The notes beneath the pieces were generated by a model. The model saw only the letters and a list, made by a program, of their open reading frames with translations, did not search any database and had not been told where the DNA came from. Made by a program: the position numbers and the translations under genes. Shown here in pieces: positions 11,201 through 23,659 of a DNA stretch of 47,646 nucleotides (the stretch's first letter is position 1; each line of letters opens with the position of its first letter). This stretch comes from Octopus bimaculoides. Taxonomy: Eukaryota. Location of the stretch: assembly GCF_001194135.2 (NCBI RefSeq), contig NC_068994.1, positions 2,382,120 through 2,429,765 of the forward strand, in the 5' to 3' direction.

Positions 11201-11800
11201 AGGTGGAATTAATTTTGTCACAAAAGTGCGCATTTTGTCATAATTCATTTTATTTATGTTATCTATATATGTATATATATCAGTGGGAAACATTTTGTGT
11301 GTGTGTGTGTGCACATCTGATTAGGATAGGGGTATTTTTTTTTAAGTGGTGGTAGTGTTTTTTTTGTTTTTTTTTCTTCTATAGAAAGCAAGAAGCTTTA
11401 AGCAACTGGGAAGGGAAATGAATGGAGTGTACTTTATATTGATAGAGCTGAGAGGTGGGAGGATAACAAGTGTCAGCTGTATTGTGTTGAATACAAAGCA
11501 GCGAAATCTTTATTGTTCTCTTGTATTTGCTGCCTTGCATTTTCACCATAAGAAAAATTCTTTAATGATCAATATGGAATTACTTATTACACATATAATT
11601 TTATTTAATATTTAGCATTCTTATTTTATTTCCCTCTGATTATAAAAAGATGTTTTGTTCAAAGTATTTTTTATGATAATTAAAGGTTTAATGTGAATTA
11701 TACATTTAGAGTAAAATGTAACAGAAATATACTTAATGTTACTTCATATTTTCAGTAGGCTAACAATAAATCCTTTGATAATTCAGTAGCCAAGATAAAC

Positions 11801-12131
11801 ATTGAAAGTGTACAGTTCTATATTTAAGAGATGAGGAATTATGTACATTAGACGGATATTTGTCCTCATCTTGCCCACGGGCATATGGCATAGGGGTTAA
11901 GAGCGTGGGCTACTAACCCCAAGATTCCGAGTTTGATTCCAGGCAGTGACCTGAATAATAATAATAATAATAATAGCATCGAAAAATGCCTTAGGAATGA
12001 GAACCCAGGTTCAAAAATTCCCCAAGACACCTGATGAAGGTTGGAGGGTATATCAGCCGAAAGGTTGTTAACAACAAACAAGATGAGAACAAATATCTGT
12101 CAAATAATGTAAATAATGTATTGAAAGTGTA
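11801..12131 (+). mobile_element. tRNA-headed SINE (family 3) with hammerhead-like 3' domain, inverted 3'-end copy at its 5' side and a 12-bp TSD
   Basis: TSD ATTGAAAGTGTA at 11801-11812 and 12120-12131; inverted terminus 11810-11873; A box TGGCATAGGGG at 11886 and B box GAGTTTGATTCC at 11919; (AAT)n spacer; tail of GTAAATAAT units. Confidence 0.88.
12027..12070 (+). ncRNA. Degenerate minimal type I hammerhead ribozyme motif
   Basis: acac-CTGATGA-a-ggttg(gagggtatat)cagcc-GAAA-ggtt. The core boxes are intact but stem III and the 3' strand of stem I are mutated. Confidence 0.55.
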
Positions 12132-13257
12132 ATTAGCTGTATTTATAATTGTGTCAGTAAATAGTGTTTAAGGCTTTGTTCATTCAGTTCTAAAAAAAAA
12201 AAACATATCAAGATTGAAAATGGTAAAAGCGAAAAAGAAAACTATTTAACTCAAACAATGTTTTAAATTGTTTTGATCTTTGTTGACTGTGAGAATTATA
12301 AATACCCTGTGATTTCAAAATCTCCCTTGTAATGTTGTTTTAAAAGCAACAAAGCTGTTGTATAAATATGTTATTTTTGTTCCAATAAATGAATTTTATT
12401 TGAAAGTTACTGTAAATGAAATTCAATGAATAAAAATAAAATGTATTAAATACGTAATTACATAAATAGAAAATAAACATAGATACAGAAAGTAAATTTT
12501 TTAAAGTTATTGTAATTATTTTTTACACTTAAATCTAAAAAAAATGAAAGTTACTATTTCTTAAAATGTTGGCTCCAATAGTTTTATTATTTATGCCATG
12601 GTCAGTAATAATGCTGTTGAACACAGTGGACAGGTCTGCCTTGATATCAATTTCAGTTGCAAGAAAGTTGTTTGAAAATCCATAACAGTAAAATTTTGGC
12701 ATTAAAATCACTTTCACTGATAAGGACCGTAATGATTAACAGCAATGATGTAAAACTACAGCTTACCGAAAATATGTATGATTATATGTGTAAGCAAAAC
12801 ATCCATAACTGTACTCAGTCAGGGCTAACCTTGAACTAGTAACAATAATTCAAGAATATTAATGACTAGTATTGTTTTTTGAAGTGTATTATATGTAAAA
12901 GTGATTCAACTGAAAGAAAGAAAAAATGCCTCCATTCTATTCTAAAACAGAAATGAACCAATTGTTTTACAAGACATGATACAGTCAATATATCAATATA
13001 TCAAAGAAAGTTGAAATTTTCACTCTAAATTGTCTGGATACCAACAAATATTGAACCTTCTTTCAAAGAAAAATACATCTCCTAATTATTACAGGTGAAT
13101 AATTTTGTGTCCATTTTATATAAATCTATGTGCATGCCATGTATGTATGCATGTTCTTGACAGAGTTTGAATAAATGTAATATTTATAGAGTGTTTTTAG
13201 CTCTGCCTACTCCTTTTACAACTTCCATATTTATGAGCAGCAGTGTCATAAATCCAC

Positions 13258-13397
13258 TCTACCAAATCCACTCATAAGGCTTTGATCGGCCCGAAGCTAT
13301 AGTAGAAGACACTTGCCCAAGATGCCATGCAGTGGGACTGAACCCGGAACCATGTGGTTGGTAAGCAAGCTACTTACCACACAGCCACTCCTGCACC
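13258..13397 (-). mobile_element. SINE family 1, 5' half
   Basis: Reverse complement of the head seen at 22844-22990. Confidence 0.9.
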
Positions 13398-14489
13398 TAA
13401 ACAATTATTGTAGACACCATCACTAACTATTATTACCACTGTGAGGGATCTTCTTTGGAGTTGCTCTACAAGCTAGAAATAGTCTCCAGGTCTTTCAGAA
13501 AAGATCAGATGATCACAGCTAGAATGCTTCTGATCACACCTTTGCTCAGATAGAGTTGAACTGGGAGTAAATGACAGCAGCCATAAAGACCAATACTGTT
13601 ATAGACCCCAGTATCTATAATATGTTGTATTTCATTTTTCTTGTGACTGGTTTAATTTACTGTGTAACCCATAGCTGACTAAATAAAAGACACGTTGAAC
13701 AGAGCTGAGCTCTTTTCAAAATAACTTTATTAAAAGAACAAAAAGGAAAAGAACTTTCTATTTTGCAGAGTAATCATTGATTTTTACTGTCATTCTAAAC
13801 AGACACTCATGTAATCAATAAAGCAAACAAAGATAATAAAAGCAGTGCCTACTTTTTTGGTGGTTGGATATGTGCACAAAAATTTGAAAAGGAAACAAAT
13901 AAAAGGAACGGATCATTAGAACTGAATGAAAATATTATACAAGCATGAGAGCAGATATAATCTAAGTAAAGTCTAATCTGAAATAAGGGTTAAGATTCAG
14001 AAATGAGTAAATTAAAGAAAGTGTGCTAAACATATAATGTGTAAGAAAATTAATTATTATAAAGATAACAAAGTTATATAAATATATTCTGAAGGTGTAA
14101 TTGACAAATATAAAATATTTTAACATTTAATTTTTGATTAAGCATAATGAATATCTTAATGTTATAAAACTACTTTTTCTGCAATAAGTCTGTAGTTTGC
14201 TTACTACACTTTTTTTTCCGAAACTGGAGGATGTTCGGAGAAATGGAACCTGTTCTCAGCTTAACTTTTACTACATCTCGATGGATAGCAAAACTTTCTA
14301 ATCAATTATGTCTAGACCTGCTGCTTTATAGTAATAATAATGAGCAATCAATTCTATCAAAACTTAAATTTGTTAACATCCACTTTTTGTTATATCTATA
14401 ATAAATCGCTTATTATTAGCATAATATATATGTATAAGTTCACAAAACATTCTTAATTCACACAAGTTCTCATAACATCTATAATTTGG

Positions 14490-14780
14490 CAAAAAATTGT
14501 TACATTCTCCATTTATTTCTTAAAATACTGTTTTCTACGAAGTGTCAAGAAGTTTCATTGCACTTTAGCAACCTGGTCACTGACATACTTAGTGTCAGTG
14601 ACCAGATTGCAGAGGTATTATAAAACTTCTTGACCCTTCATTGTAGACAGTATTATTAAGAAATGAATATAACAGATTTTGTGTTCTTAAAAGGTTAAAA
14701 ATTACTCTTCCACTATGTGACTGTTTCAGTTTCACCACACAATCTCAGATTGAATCTTGTGAAGCAAGTAAAACTCCAAA
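14490..14780 (-). mobile_element. Degenerate family-4 element forming a ~190-bp imperfect palindrome
   Basis: CTGGTCACTGACA (14573-14585) and TGTCAGTGACCAG (14593-14605) with further paired arms outward; 14700-14780 resembles 8437-8508. Confidence 0.55.
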
Positions 14781-17399
14781 ATCTATAATTTAAATGTCAT
14801 AAAGTGGCACATTGTTAATCTGCATGTCACTCAATGAAGGAATTACTATTATATATGATTTGTTTCTTAGCATGTGATAAAATCATAGTATATTTTAATT
14901 CCGTTTAGTACATGTTTGAACTGAGATAATTGCTACCCCACACTTTTTTTTATATGATTTCAGAACATGTTTCCTACCCAAGAGAGTCAAAGGTCTTGAT
15001 GGAATTGACAATATTTACTCCAAAGAATTCCAATTACACAGTAAACTGTGGTAAATTTATGTTTCAAATATATTAAATGTATTTTCAAATGTTTGATTCA
15101 CTTTATAAAAATCAGTAAATCTTTTAAACAACATGTAAAGCTTTGTTATGAAGGACTCTGGAGAAAATGTTCAATACACAATGAAAGTAGAAAATTCATT
15201 TGGTAAAGATGGATAGACAACATCGGATTAAAAGGTTTCAGTATTAATGAAAATTATAGTTCTGTTAAATAACACTTTCATATCAGACACATGTTAAAAA
15301 GGAATGATGAAGGCTAATATATGATCTTAAAAAACCTAAACCAGTGGAATACCCAGACTTCATAACTTTGGCATGTTATATGATACACATGCCAAAGCTC
15401 CTTTTAAAGCTAGTAATGGAATGGTATAAACATTAGAGGAAGAGATATCAATAAACCTCTGAAATTTGTAAATGAAAATATTTATGACTGGGGAAAGTTA
15501 CATAATTATTAATTTTAAATACACTAATGGTAAAGGCAAAATATTTCATCAAGAAAAGAAAATGCAAATACTGGTATATCTAAGAATATGGAGAGAAGTA
15601 ACATCAATGTGACCAACATAGCACTTGGGTTAGAATAAATTTGTAATCAATTCATTAAACAAAAACGAGAATTCAAAATACTCTTGATACTTTACATTAA
15701 ATGAAAAAGAAACGGACTTAAAGACTGCTACATCTGACTAGTTTTTTGTAAGGTTTTTAAACCCCTTTTTACGTAATAAAGATTTGGTAAACCATTGAAT
15801 TATTTGGAGTTGAGTATTCAGGTAACTGAGTTGTATAAAATGAGAGAAAAATGGAATGCATTTCAAATGTTGAGATCTAAAGCAGTTCATATTTATATAA
15901 CTTCAAAGGAAATACAGCTCTTTTAGATTATCAGAGGAGAGTGTTCCATAATGAAAATTATTTCAAAAGGAAAGAAATAGAGTAACAAAAAAAAAAAAGA
16001 AGCAAAGACTGATATACATATATGAAAGAACAAGAATTAGGTCAGAATGCCAATAAAATGTAACACAATTATAAAAACTACAACAGAGAGAAGTGATAAG
16101 TTGCTTCGAGCTGACCTCTGGTGCAGATGATACTCAACTGATTGATTGAACATATCTTCCTCCAGCAATGATTTGTGTTACATGAGATAAAAGCCAAGTA
16201 ATGGTAGTCTACTCTGATTTTTTTTTGTCTGCTTTACAAAATTCATCCAGTGAAATACAAGCTCTTGAACATTATTTGCTCTACTATATCTAATTTATTT
16301 TGGAATATGCAATTCCCAGAAAAATTTGAAGCTTTCAGTTATTGACTAAATAGAATGCTTAAATTTTCAATAACAGACACAAAACAGTAAAACTAAGTGA
16401 AATTCTAGTTTTTGTTTTCATGTGTGATGCTTCATGTTATAAATAAAACAATGGATTAATGTCCATGATAACTTGGCAATTTTATATACCAGTCCATTTG
16501 TATTTCAGAGAAAAATTTGTTTATGAACACTCAATATTTAACAATGAAAAAGAATTCCAACTTGGATAATCATTCATAAATTTTATTTACTTTATATTAA
16601 TTGACATTCTTATGTTTTTGCTGGAGTTTTTTTTTTTCCTAAACAATAAACATATTTTCTGTAAAACTTCTAAATTTTTTTTGATATGTTTACTGCAATA
16701 GGAAATACATTCAACTTATTGCTAATCAAATGTAGCCGACATTGAATGTTGTGTTTTTTTTTCTTTTCTTTTATAAGGATTCAAAGTAATTTAAATGTAT
16801 TAGCTCAATTTATATATTCACATTTTTAAATCTTATTTTATACAGATTCTGCTTATGATGGGTTTTTTTTCTTTTTTTTCAAATGATCTCTTGCCTGAAA
16901 TTTGAGATTCACTCAAATAATTCTTAAGCTACTATCATTCATTTATATTTAAATATTTTCATATCAAATTTACTTAATCAAGACTCGAACACTGTAAAAA
17001 TATTGCACTGGATATAGTCTGTAATGTTCAGTTGAATTATAATAGTGTGACATAAAAAAAAAGACCATAATTATGTATTAGTCAGGTTTTCATGTGTCCT
17101 AATATGAACAGCAAGATATTACCTGTGGTGTCTTTCCTATTTAATTCTTTTGTAATAAAATACAAATTAAAGTTAACTGTGTTTTATTTTTCCTAATGAA
17201 ATTACAATCAAGCATGAATTATTGTTGTGAAAATTTCCAGAATCTAAGCGTATTACTATTTATGTAAGTCTGAGCAAAACAAATGCTTGTCAACCAAGGA
17301 AAAATTGTTGATCAGATAGAGAACGTGAATGGCTTTCCTATCTTGTCTCCATTAATTGATGAAAGTGTTGCAGACATTGGCGCTGTGAGTAAAGCCAGA

Positions 17400-17790
17400 G
17401 CAACTTCAGTTGACTCTGAAGAATATGTAATTCAGTGCTGAATTGCCTAAGACCAAATCTCAAAGCTTTTGTGATGCCAATGCTAGTACCAATTGGGCAT
17501 TTAATGAGATCCACAGCCTAGACATCAAAATAAGAAAGATACTAACCACCACTGATAATTTCCACATCAACCACAACACCAACAGAATCTATGAAGATGA
17601 AGAGATGGTGGCAGAGGCAAAAGGTCAGTTTTGTGGGACAGGGAACAAAAGTTATGCACTATTGAAGAGGTCAGCTGCCCAACAGATGTGAACATACCAT
17701 CAAAAGTTCAAGAAAAAGAGAACATTTATAGTGAACTAATTATGTTAAAGATTTCAATAATGCCTTTGATTTCATTCCACAGTCAAAGCT
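17400..17790 (+). mobile_element. R4/Dong-type LINE RT remnants
   Basis: LDIKIRKILTTTDNFHINHNTNRIY followed by RDGGRG, typical of the post-RT region; FNNAFDFIP resembles the KAFDSVPH RT motif. Confidence 0.65.
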
Positions 17791-18901
17791 GTTAAGAGCA
17801 TAATACTCAAACGTATATATTTAAAATTTAATTATGTCTTTGACTTGATTTCATTGTTTGTCAGTCAGTTGCTGTTGTCTTATGAATACTATAAATGTTG
17901 TGGCTTTGATTTCATTCTATGGTTAGCATTTCTTTAAAGCATTGTATTTGTAGATCATAGACTGTAGTAAAAAAAATATAGATAAAATCATGAGTAGTGT
18001 TAATACTGTGGTTGTAAAATAAATAACATTTATGAAAGATGATTCAAAATTTTAAGGGATAAAACATTTCAAGAGTCATCTTATTGATTTCTTTCTTTTA
18101 TCATAAATTTCACTACAGAATAAGCCACACCCTACCAGGTGTCTGCTTGTAAAATTAATAGCATACTCTAATTCTATTGTATCACACATATAGAATGAAA
18201 TTTTAAACAAGTAAAATAATCTATAAATTTCCATATAAATAATCTTTGTGTAGTCACAATCTGTTTGTGACAATCTAATATTTTATATAGATTATTTATA
18301 AACATTTTTTCAGTACTTAATTTGATAAGCATTTCAGTTTATAGCTAATATATCTTTTTGAGACTAGGTTCAAGGCCCATTATATTTACATGAGCTTATT
18401 TTATTGACTATGGAAAAGCAAAAAGCAAAACACACTGACAAGATTTGAACTTAGAAGTAGGAGACCACAATGTAAATATTGAAAGCAATATTGATTACAG
18501 ATTTACTGTTCTATCAGCTCCACCACCTTTAGTTATAGATAATATTGACCCATTTTTTCTTTTATAGGGTTTAGTCATTGAACAGTGGCCATGCTGAGGC
18601 ATCACTTCTAACCCTTATCAAATCCAGTACTAATTTTTTCAACTTCTATTTCTCACATCACTAGGTTACATATTTGGCATTAAAAAAAAAAAGAACCAAT
18701 TTAACACACCAGTTTACACCAATAAATAAATAGATGAGTAGAGGTTTCCCAATTCATTGTTTGCTGACTTGATAAACTATATATTTAAAGTATTTCAACT
18801 TGTGTGATATAATTAGTCTGTGGTTTTACTAAGTGTTACCTAAATTACATACATCAGCCAAGTTTTGAAAGGATAAGTTAATATAAATTCTTTTAAAGCT
18901 A

Positions 18902-19744
18902 TTGGGTCATCCAATAAATAATACGTTTTTTTTTTATACTTCTTTTAGTTTTTGAAAATTAAGATAAACAAGGTTCTTTTTTCATCTAAAATATACTCTC
19001 CTTCATTTTCTACAATGCTCTTCCATCTATATGGTAGACTTGCAAGACCCCTCTTCTTTATTTTGGCGTTTCTCTTTCTCTATCCACTGACTTTGGTGCT
19101 TGACATTTTTATAGAGAACCCATTTCTCGCCACCAGTTATTATTTGGTCCAAAAAAAGGTTCATTCGTGAGACATGACTGCAAAGAAAAGCTCACATTCA
19201 CTCTCTGCACATGATTAGACTCAGAAAGTTTGTGAGGAACCCATTGACCCAATTTGCTGATTTTTCCGATGGCACAAAGGTGTCAATGAATGGTTGAATG
19301 ACCAAATCCAAGCTTCTCTGCTAGTTCCTTAACAGTTACGATGGGATTTTGTTCCACCAGGGTTTGCAGGACATCCTCATTAAGCTCTACAGATCTCCTG
19401 GAACAAGGCTCATCATCGAGGCTGTAGTTTCCAGTTTGAAATTTCTGGAACCACTGATGACACTAGCTTATGCTTATTGTCCAATCCCCATATGCTACAT
19501 TATTATTCCTTGCACTTTCCATTGCGTTGTTGCCTTTACTGAACTCATAAAGCAAAATATGCCAAATATACTCCTTTGTCACTTCTGTTATAGCTTTGAA
19601 AAAAATAACTGTTAAAATCGAACTGCACTCTTCAAAACTTTCACTAAGAATAAAGAATGTTGATGCAGATAGTTTATCCCATTCCCCCTCTGACTTTTAG
19701 TTCATGCAATTGAAAAAACCCGCATTATTTATGGGATGACCCAA
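18902..19744 (-). mobile_element. Internally deleted mariner (Tc1/mariner) DNA transposon
   Basis: ~27-bp TIRs (TTGGGTCATCC.ATAAATAAT.CG) at both ends, each flanked by TA (18900-18901, 19745-19746). The minus strand encodes QWFQKFQTGNYSLDDEP, LGQWVPHKL and FLDQIITGGEKW, then jumps to the C-terminal LASLPYRWKSIVENEGEY. Contains stops and frameshifts. Confidence 0.93.
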
Positions 19745-20090
19745 TACAAAACCCTTTTACTAAAAATAAATGAGGTTGAATTAAAACCAGAAATTATTAC
19801 TCTTACTGACTCAAGTACAGAAGATTTTGAAATAAAAAAATGAAGACCATCTGGCCAAGTGCTGCAGTAAGAGAACCTCTCCAAGTCAATTTACTTATCT
19901 CTTAATGACATCATTCTGTCTTAAACCAAGACATGTTGAATTCTTGATATGTTGTCCAGAAAAAAAAAGTGAGATGATTCTGGCTGGAATACCTTTGATC
20001 ACAGGTCTGCTGGACTGGGGCTAAACAACAACAATCTAATCTGTTTCTAAGCCAATCTCGTTACTACAAAAGGTAGGTCACCATTACAAA

Positions 20091-20287
20091 TTGGCAAAAT
20101 TGGTAAAGTGCCTTGCTGCATTTCATCGTGTACTTTTATATTCTGGTTTCAAATCTTGCTGAGACAAACTTTGCTTTCCATCCATACATGCACAATCATA
20201 TAAGTATCAGTTTAGTACTGAAGTTGATTTAATTATACCCATCCTCCCACATTTGCAATCTTGTACCTATGTTAGAAATCAATATTA
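20091..20287 (+). mobile_element. Highly degenerate SINE family 2 copy
   Basis: TTCTGGTTTCAAATCTTGCTGAGACAAACTTTGCTTTCCATCC resembles the head/centre at 23837-23937. Confidence 0.5.
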
Positions 20288-21173
20288 AACACATTTAAGT
20301 TTGAATATATAAGTACGCAGTTATTCCTGTGCAATAGGTTTTGCTGAAAATAAAGTGATCTGCTGCTACTCTCATACTTTCTCTAACTACAATATTCAAT
20401 CGTCAATACCACATCGTCACCATCATCACTATCTTGATGTCTGCTTTTACCATGCTGGCATAAGTTGTATGGGTTTGAGAATAGATTCCCTAGAAGTAAC
20501 TACCTTAGCAGAATGCTCTGAAACTACTACAAATGAAAATTTTTGCATTGGGTGGGTAGAGAGCGAGTTTCTTGCATAGTCTCTCTTCCTACAAAAGCAA
20601 AAATACACTGCTGCTGCTGCTTATGATGATGATGATGGTGGCGGCGATGATGGTGATGATGAGGAGGAGGAGGAGGAGGAAAAATATTGATATAAATGTT
20701 AGTAATTATATTCAAGATTTGAAATCTTAACGTTTGCCAAGTGGAAAGCTATCATCATATTGCTGTGAAAATTCTCAATGAATCTAAAGTGTCTCGTGAC
20801 TGCAACTACAGAACACTTTTCACTGCCACACTGCATCAATGAACGTACACACGCCTGTCCTTGAAAATCATTATTACACTTTGTTGTAGCTGACTACCTT
20901 AGTAGCCAGCTCTCAACTGCTGCAGCTTACAGTGATGATGGTTGTGGGAGACACATGTCCGTAGTCTCTCTCCCTCCCCCCTCTCTAAATGCTAAGCATA
21001 TCTCTCTCTTGCTTGGTTAGTTGATATATTTATTTTTGTAGTAGTTTGTTTCTCTCACTCCATCACGCACATGTTCATACACACACACACATTCATAGAT
21101 CACAAACCAGTGTATCTTCCCCAGCTTGCTTATATAGTTTATATATATATATATATGTATAAGTATGTATATG

Positions 21174-21211
<38 letters not shown>

Positions 21212-21485
21212 TGCACACACAGTGAGGCAAAGAAGAAAACAAACACTGAGAGAGCTTTCAGCTGTCTCCTAATGAACATAAATAGTAGTCATATGCTGTC
21301 AGCTGAACTTGATCTAGGCTTCATTAAGCATGAAATATGCTTCGATTTCTGACATCCACGGTCTCTCTCTCTCTCTCTCTCTTTCACTTACCATTCACAC
21401 TGATTCTAGAATAAACCATTGTCATTTTCAATATCTTAGCAAATAATGGAATATATAATTTCTATCTGCAGTTCACAGAACAAAG

Positions 21486-21487
<2 letters not shown>

Positions 21488-21563
<76 letters not shown>

Positions 21564-21639
21564 TCTATGCAGATTTGTAAGTGTAGATGTGTGTATGCAT
21601 GTATGCAAATGTAAATGTGCATGTGTAGGTGTATAAATA

Positions 21640-21679
<40 letters not shown>

Positions 21680-21990
21680 TCAGTAAATAGTGGGGTTAGG
21701 TGTATAAATATATATGTATATACACTGCATATATATAATATGCATGTGTATCTATATAATATCTTTATATATATATGCTTGTATACAAACATACATATAT
21801 GTGTGTTGTGTATGTATAGATGTTTATTATGTATTTATGTGTGTGTGTGTACACATATATGTATGAATATGTATGTATATATGTGTGTGTGTATATATAT
21901 ATATATACATGTATGTATACTTATAAATATATATATCTATATACATATGCATATATAATATATACTTATATGTATGTGTCTGTGTGTGTG
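21488..21990. repeat. (TA)n tract (21488-21555) and complex TA/TG low-complexity block
   Basis: Directly visible; explains the spurious Y/I/C/M-rich ORFs on both strands. Confidence 0.95.
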
Positions 21991-22004
21991 CGCGTACGTG
22001 TGAA

Positions 22005-22744
22005 ATGTCATGTGATTCTACCGGCAATGTTTGCGTAATACACTGAAGATCTTGTACATGATATGAAAGTATTGCAGTTGGTGAAAACGATGAGTATCAT
22101 GTCCATGATCATGAAGCACCAACTTGAATGGTTTGGTAATCTTCTTCACTTAGAGGAGACATGCAACTCAAAACTGGTGCCGTATAGCGAGTTGCAGCAG
22201 GGAAAACACCCTTAGTGCAAGCCACGCAAGTATATCAACAACAACCTTAAAGATACACTTAAAACGATCAATATTGATGCTAGCACCTGGGAAAATCTTG
22301 CATCAGGTGGAGTATTGTGAAGGAATCTGATTGCTTGGTGTTAATCGATGCAAGAACAACAATGTTGCATACACTGAGTTGAAATGTAATGGTGAATATA
22401 TGGGGGATGTGAACCCTCTCCCTCAGAAGGATACAAAAGAGTCTCTTTCATGAGACAAGTGTGGTCATGCCTGGTACTTAAAGGTAGGTATACTCAGCCA
22501 TAAGCGTAATCATAGAAACAACACCATCCCACCATTCATTCAGCAAGATCTCTCACACAACTTCTGTAATAAAATGTGTAGGTCAGCCAGTGGACTCACT
22601 CAGCATTACAAATCCCAACATTTGAATAATCAGGCTGCTACTGCTGAGAAACTGACTTGTAATCAATGTCAAATGACTTGCAAGTCCCTCGCAGGTTTTA
22701 AGAGCCATATGAGACGTCAGCAGCAAGAGGAAAACCAAATGTAA
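22005..22744 (+). mobile_element. RTE (BovB-like) LINE 3' remnant ending in three C2H2-like zinc fingers
   Basis: Degenerate [40 protein letters not shown]. Then one frame from 22451-22744 with xDKCGHAWYLKVGILSHKRNH, HNFCNKMCRSASGLTQHYKSQH and CNQCQMTCKSLAGFKSHMRRQ. Confidence 0.8.
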
Positions 22745-22843
22745 AGTGTTTCATAGAATGAAATGAGTTTAAGATGTGGTCTTACTCAGTCGCAATTCAA
22801 CTTCCACTATCTAAATATATATATATTTATATATATATATATA

Positions 22844-23226
22844 GGCGCAGGAGTGGCTATGTGGTAAGTAGCTTGCCTACCAACCACATGGTTCCGGGTT
22901 CAGTCCCACAGCATGGCACCTTGTGCAAGTGTCTTCTACTATAGCCTCAGGCCGACCAAAGCCTTGTGAGTGGATTTGGTCGACGGAAACTGAAAATAGC
23001 CCGTCGTATATATGTATATATATATATATGTATGTGTGTTTGTCCCCCACACCATCGCTTGACAACTGATGCTAGTGTGTTTACGTCCCCATAACCTAGC
23101 GGTTTGGCAAAAAGAGACTGATAGAATAAGTACTAGGCTTACAAAGAGTAAGTCCTGGGGTTGATTTTCTCGACTAAAGGCGGTGCTCCAGCATGGCCAC
23201 AGTCAAATGACTGAAACAAGTAAGAG
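22844..23226 (+). mobile_element. Full-length tRNA-derived SINE (family 1)
   Basis: Head GGCGCAGGAGTGGCTATGTGGTAAG...GGTTCAGTCCC (A/B-box-like); several copies in the window. Confidence 0.93.
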
Positions 23227-23370
23227 TATATATGTGTGTGTGTGTGTAAATATTAAGTATATGATTTAACTTATTAAACACAGTTCAACAAAGGATGAAC
23301 TCGCATTCAACCCTTTAAATATATATATACATATAAAAGTATATATAATATATAAACTTATATATATATA

Positions 23371-23556
23371 TATTCTTTTTATTCTTTTTATTCTTTTACT
23401 TGTTTCAGTCATTTGACTGTGGCCATCCTGGAGCACTGCCTTTAGTCAAACAAATCAACCCCCGGACTTATTCTTTGTGAACCTAGTACTCATTCTATCG
23501 GGTCTTTTACTGAACTGCTAAGTTATGGGGACATAAACACACCAACACCAGTTGTC
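23371..23556 (-). mobile_element. SINE family 1, 3' half, inverted relative to 22844-23226
   Basis: Reverse complement of 23065-23226 plus a TAAAAAGAA-type tail. Confidence 0.9.
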
Positions 23557-23659
23557 CTGCTGATCATTACATCACTTGCGGGACATATTAACAAAACTGA
23601 GCGTCTAGTGAGTTTCAACTAGAGATCAGTGTTAAAAATATACATAAACAATTGAGGGA

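Noticed and set aside
11879-11950. tRNA gene
   Set aside because: A/B boxes are present but it runs into a repeated SINE body within a TSD; I see no convincing cloverleaf or acceptor stem.
16513-16526. AAATTTGTTTATGA shared with 33916-33929, each just after a CAG, as a possible paralogous leader exon
   Set aside because: A 14-bp AT-rich match is expected by chance in this composition, and there is no further alignment.
21565-22038. Overlapping 66-109 aa ORFs rich in Y/I/C/M/H/T
   Set aside because: Translations of TA/TG/CA microsatellite.
22454-22744. Independent host C2H2 zinc-finger gene exon
   Set aside because: Contiguous with RTE post-RT sequence, lacks TGEKP linkers and has mutated ligands; treated as part of the TE.
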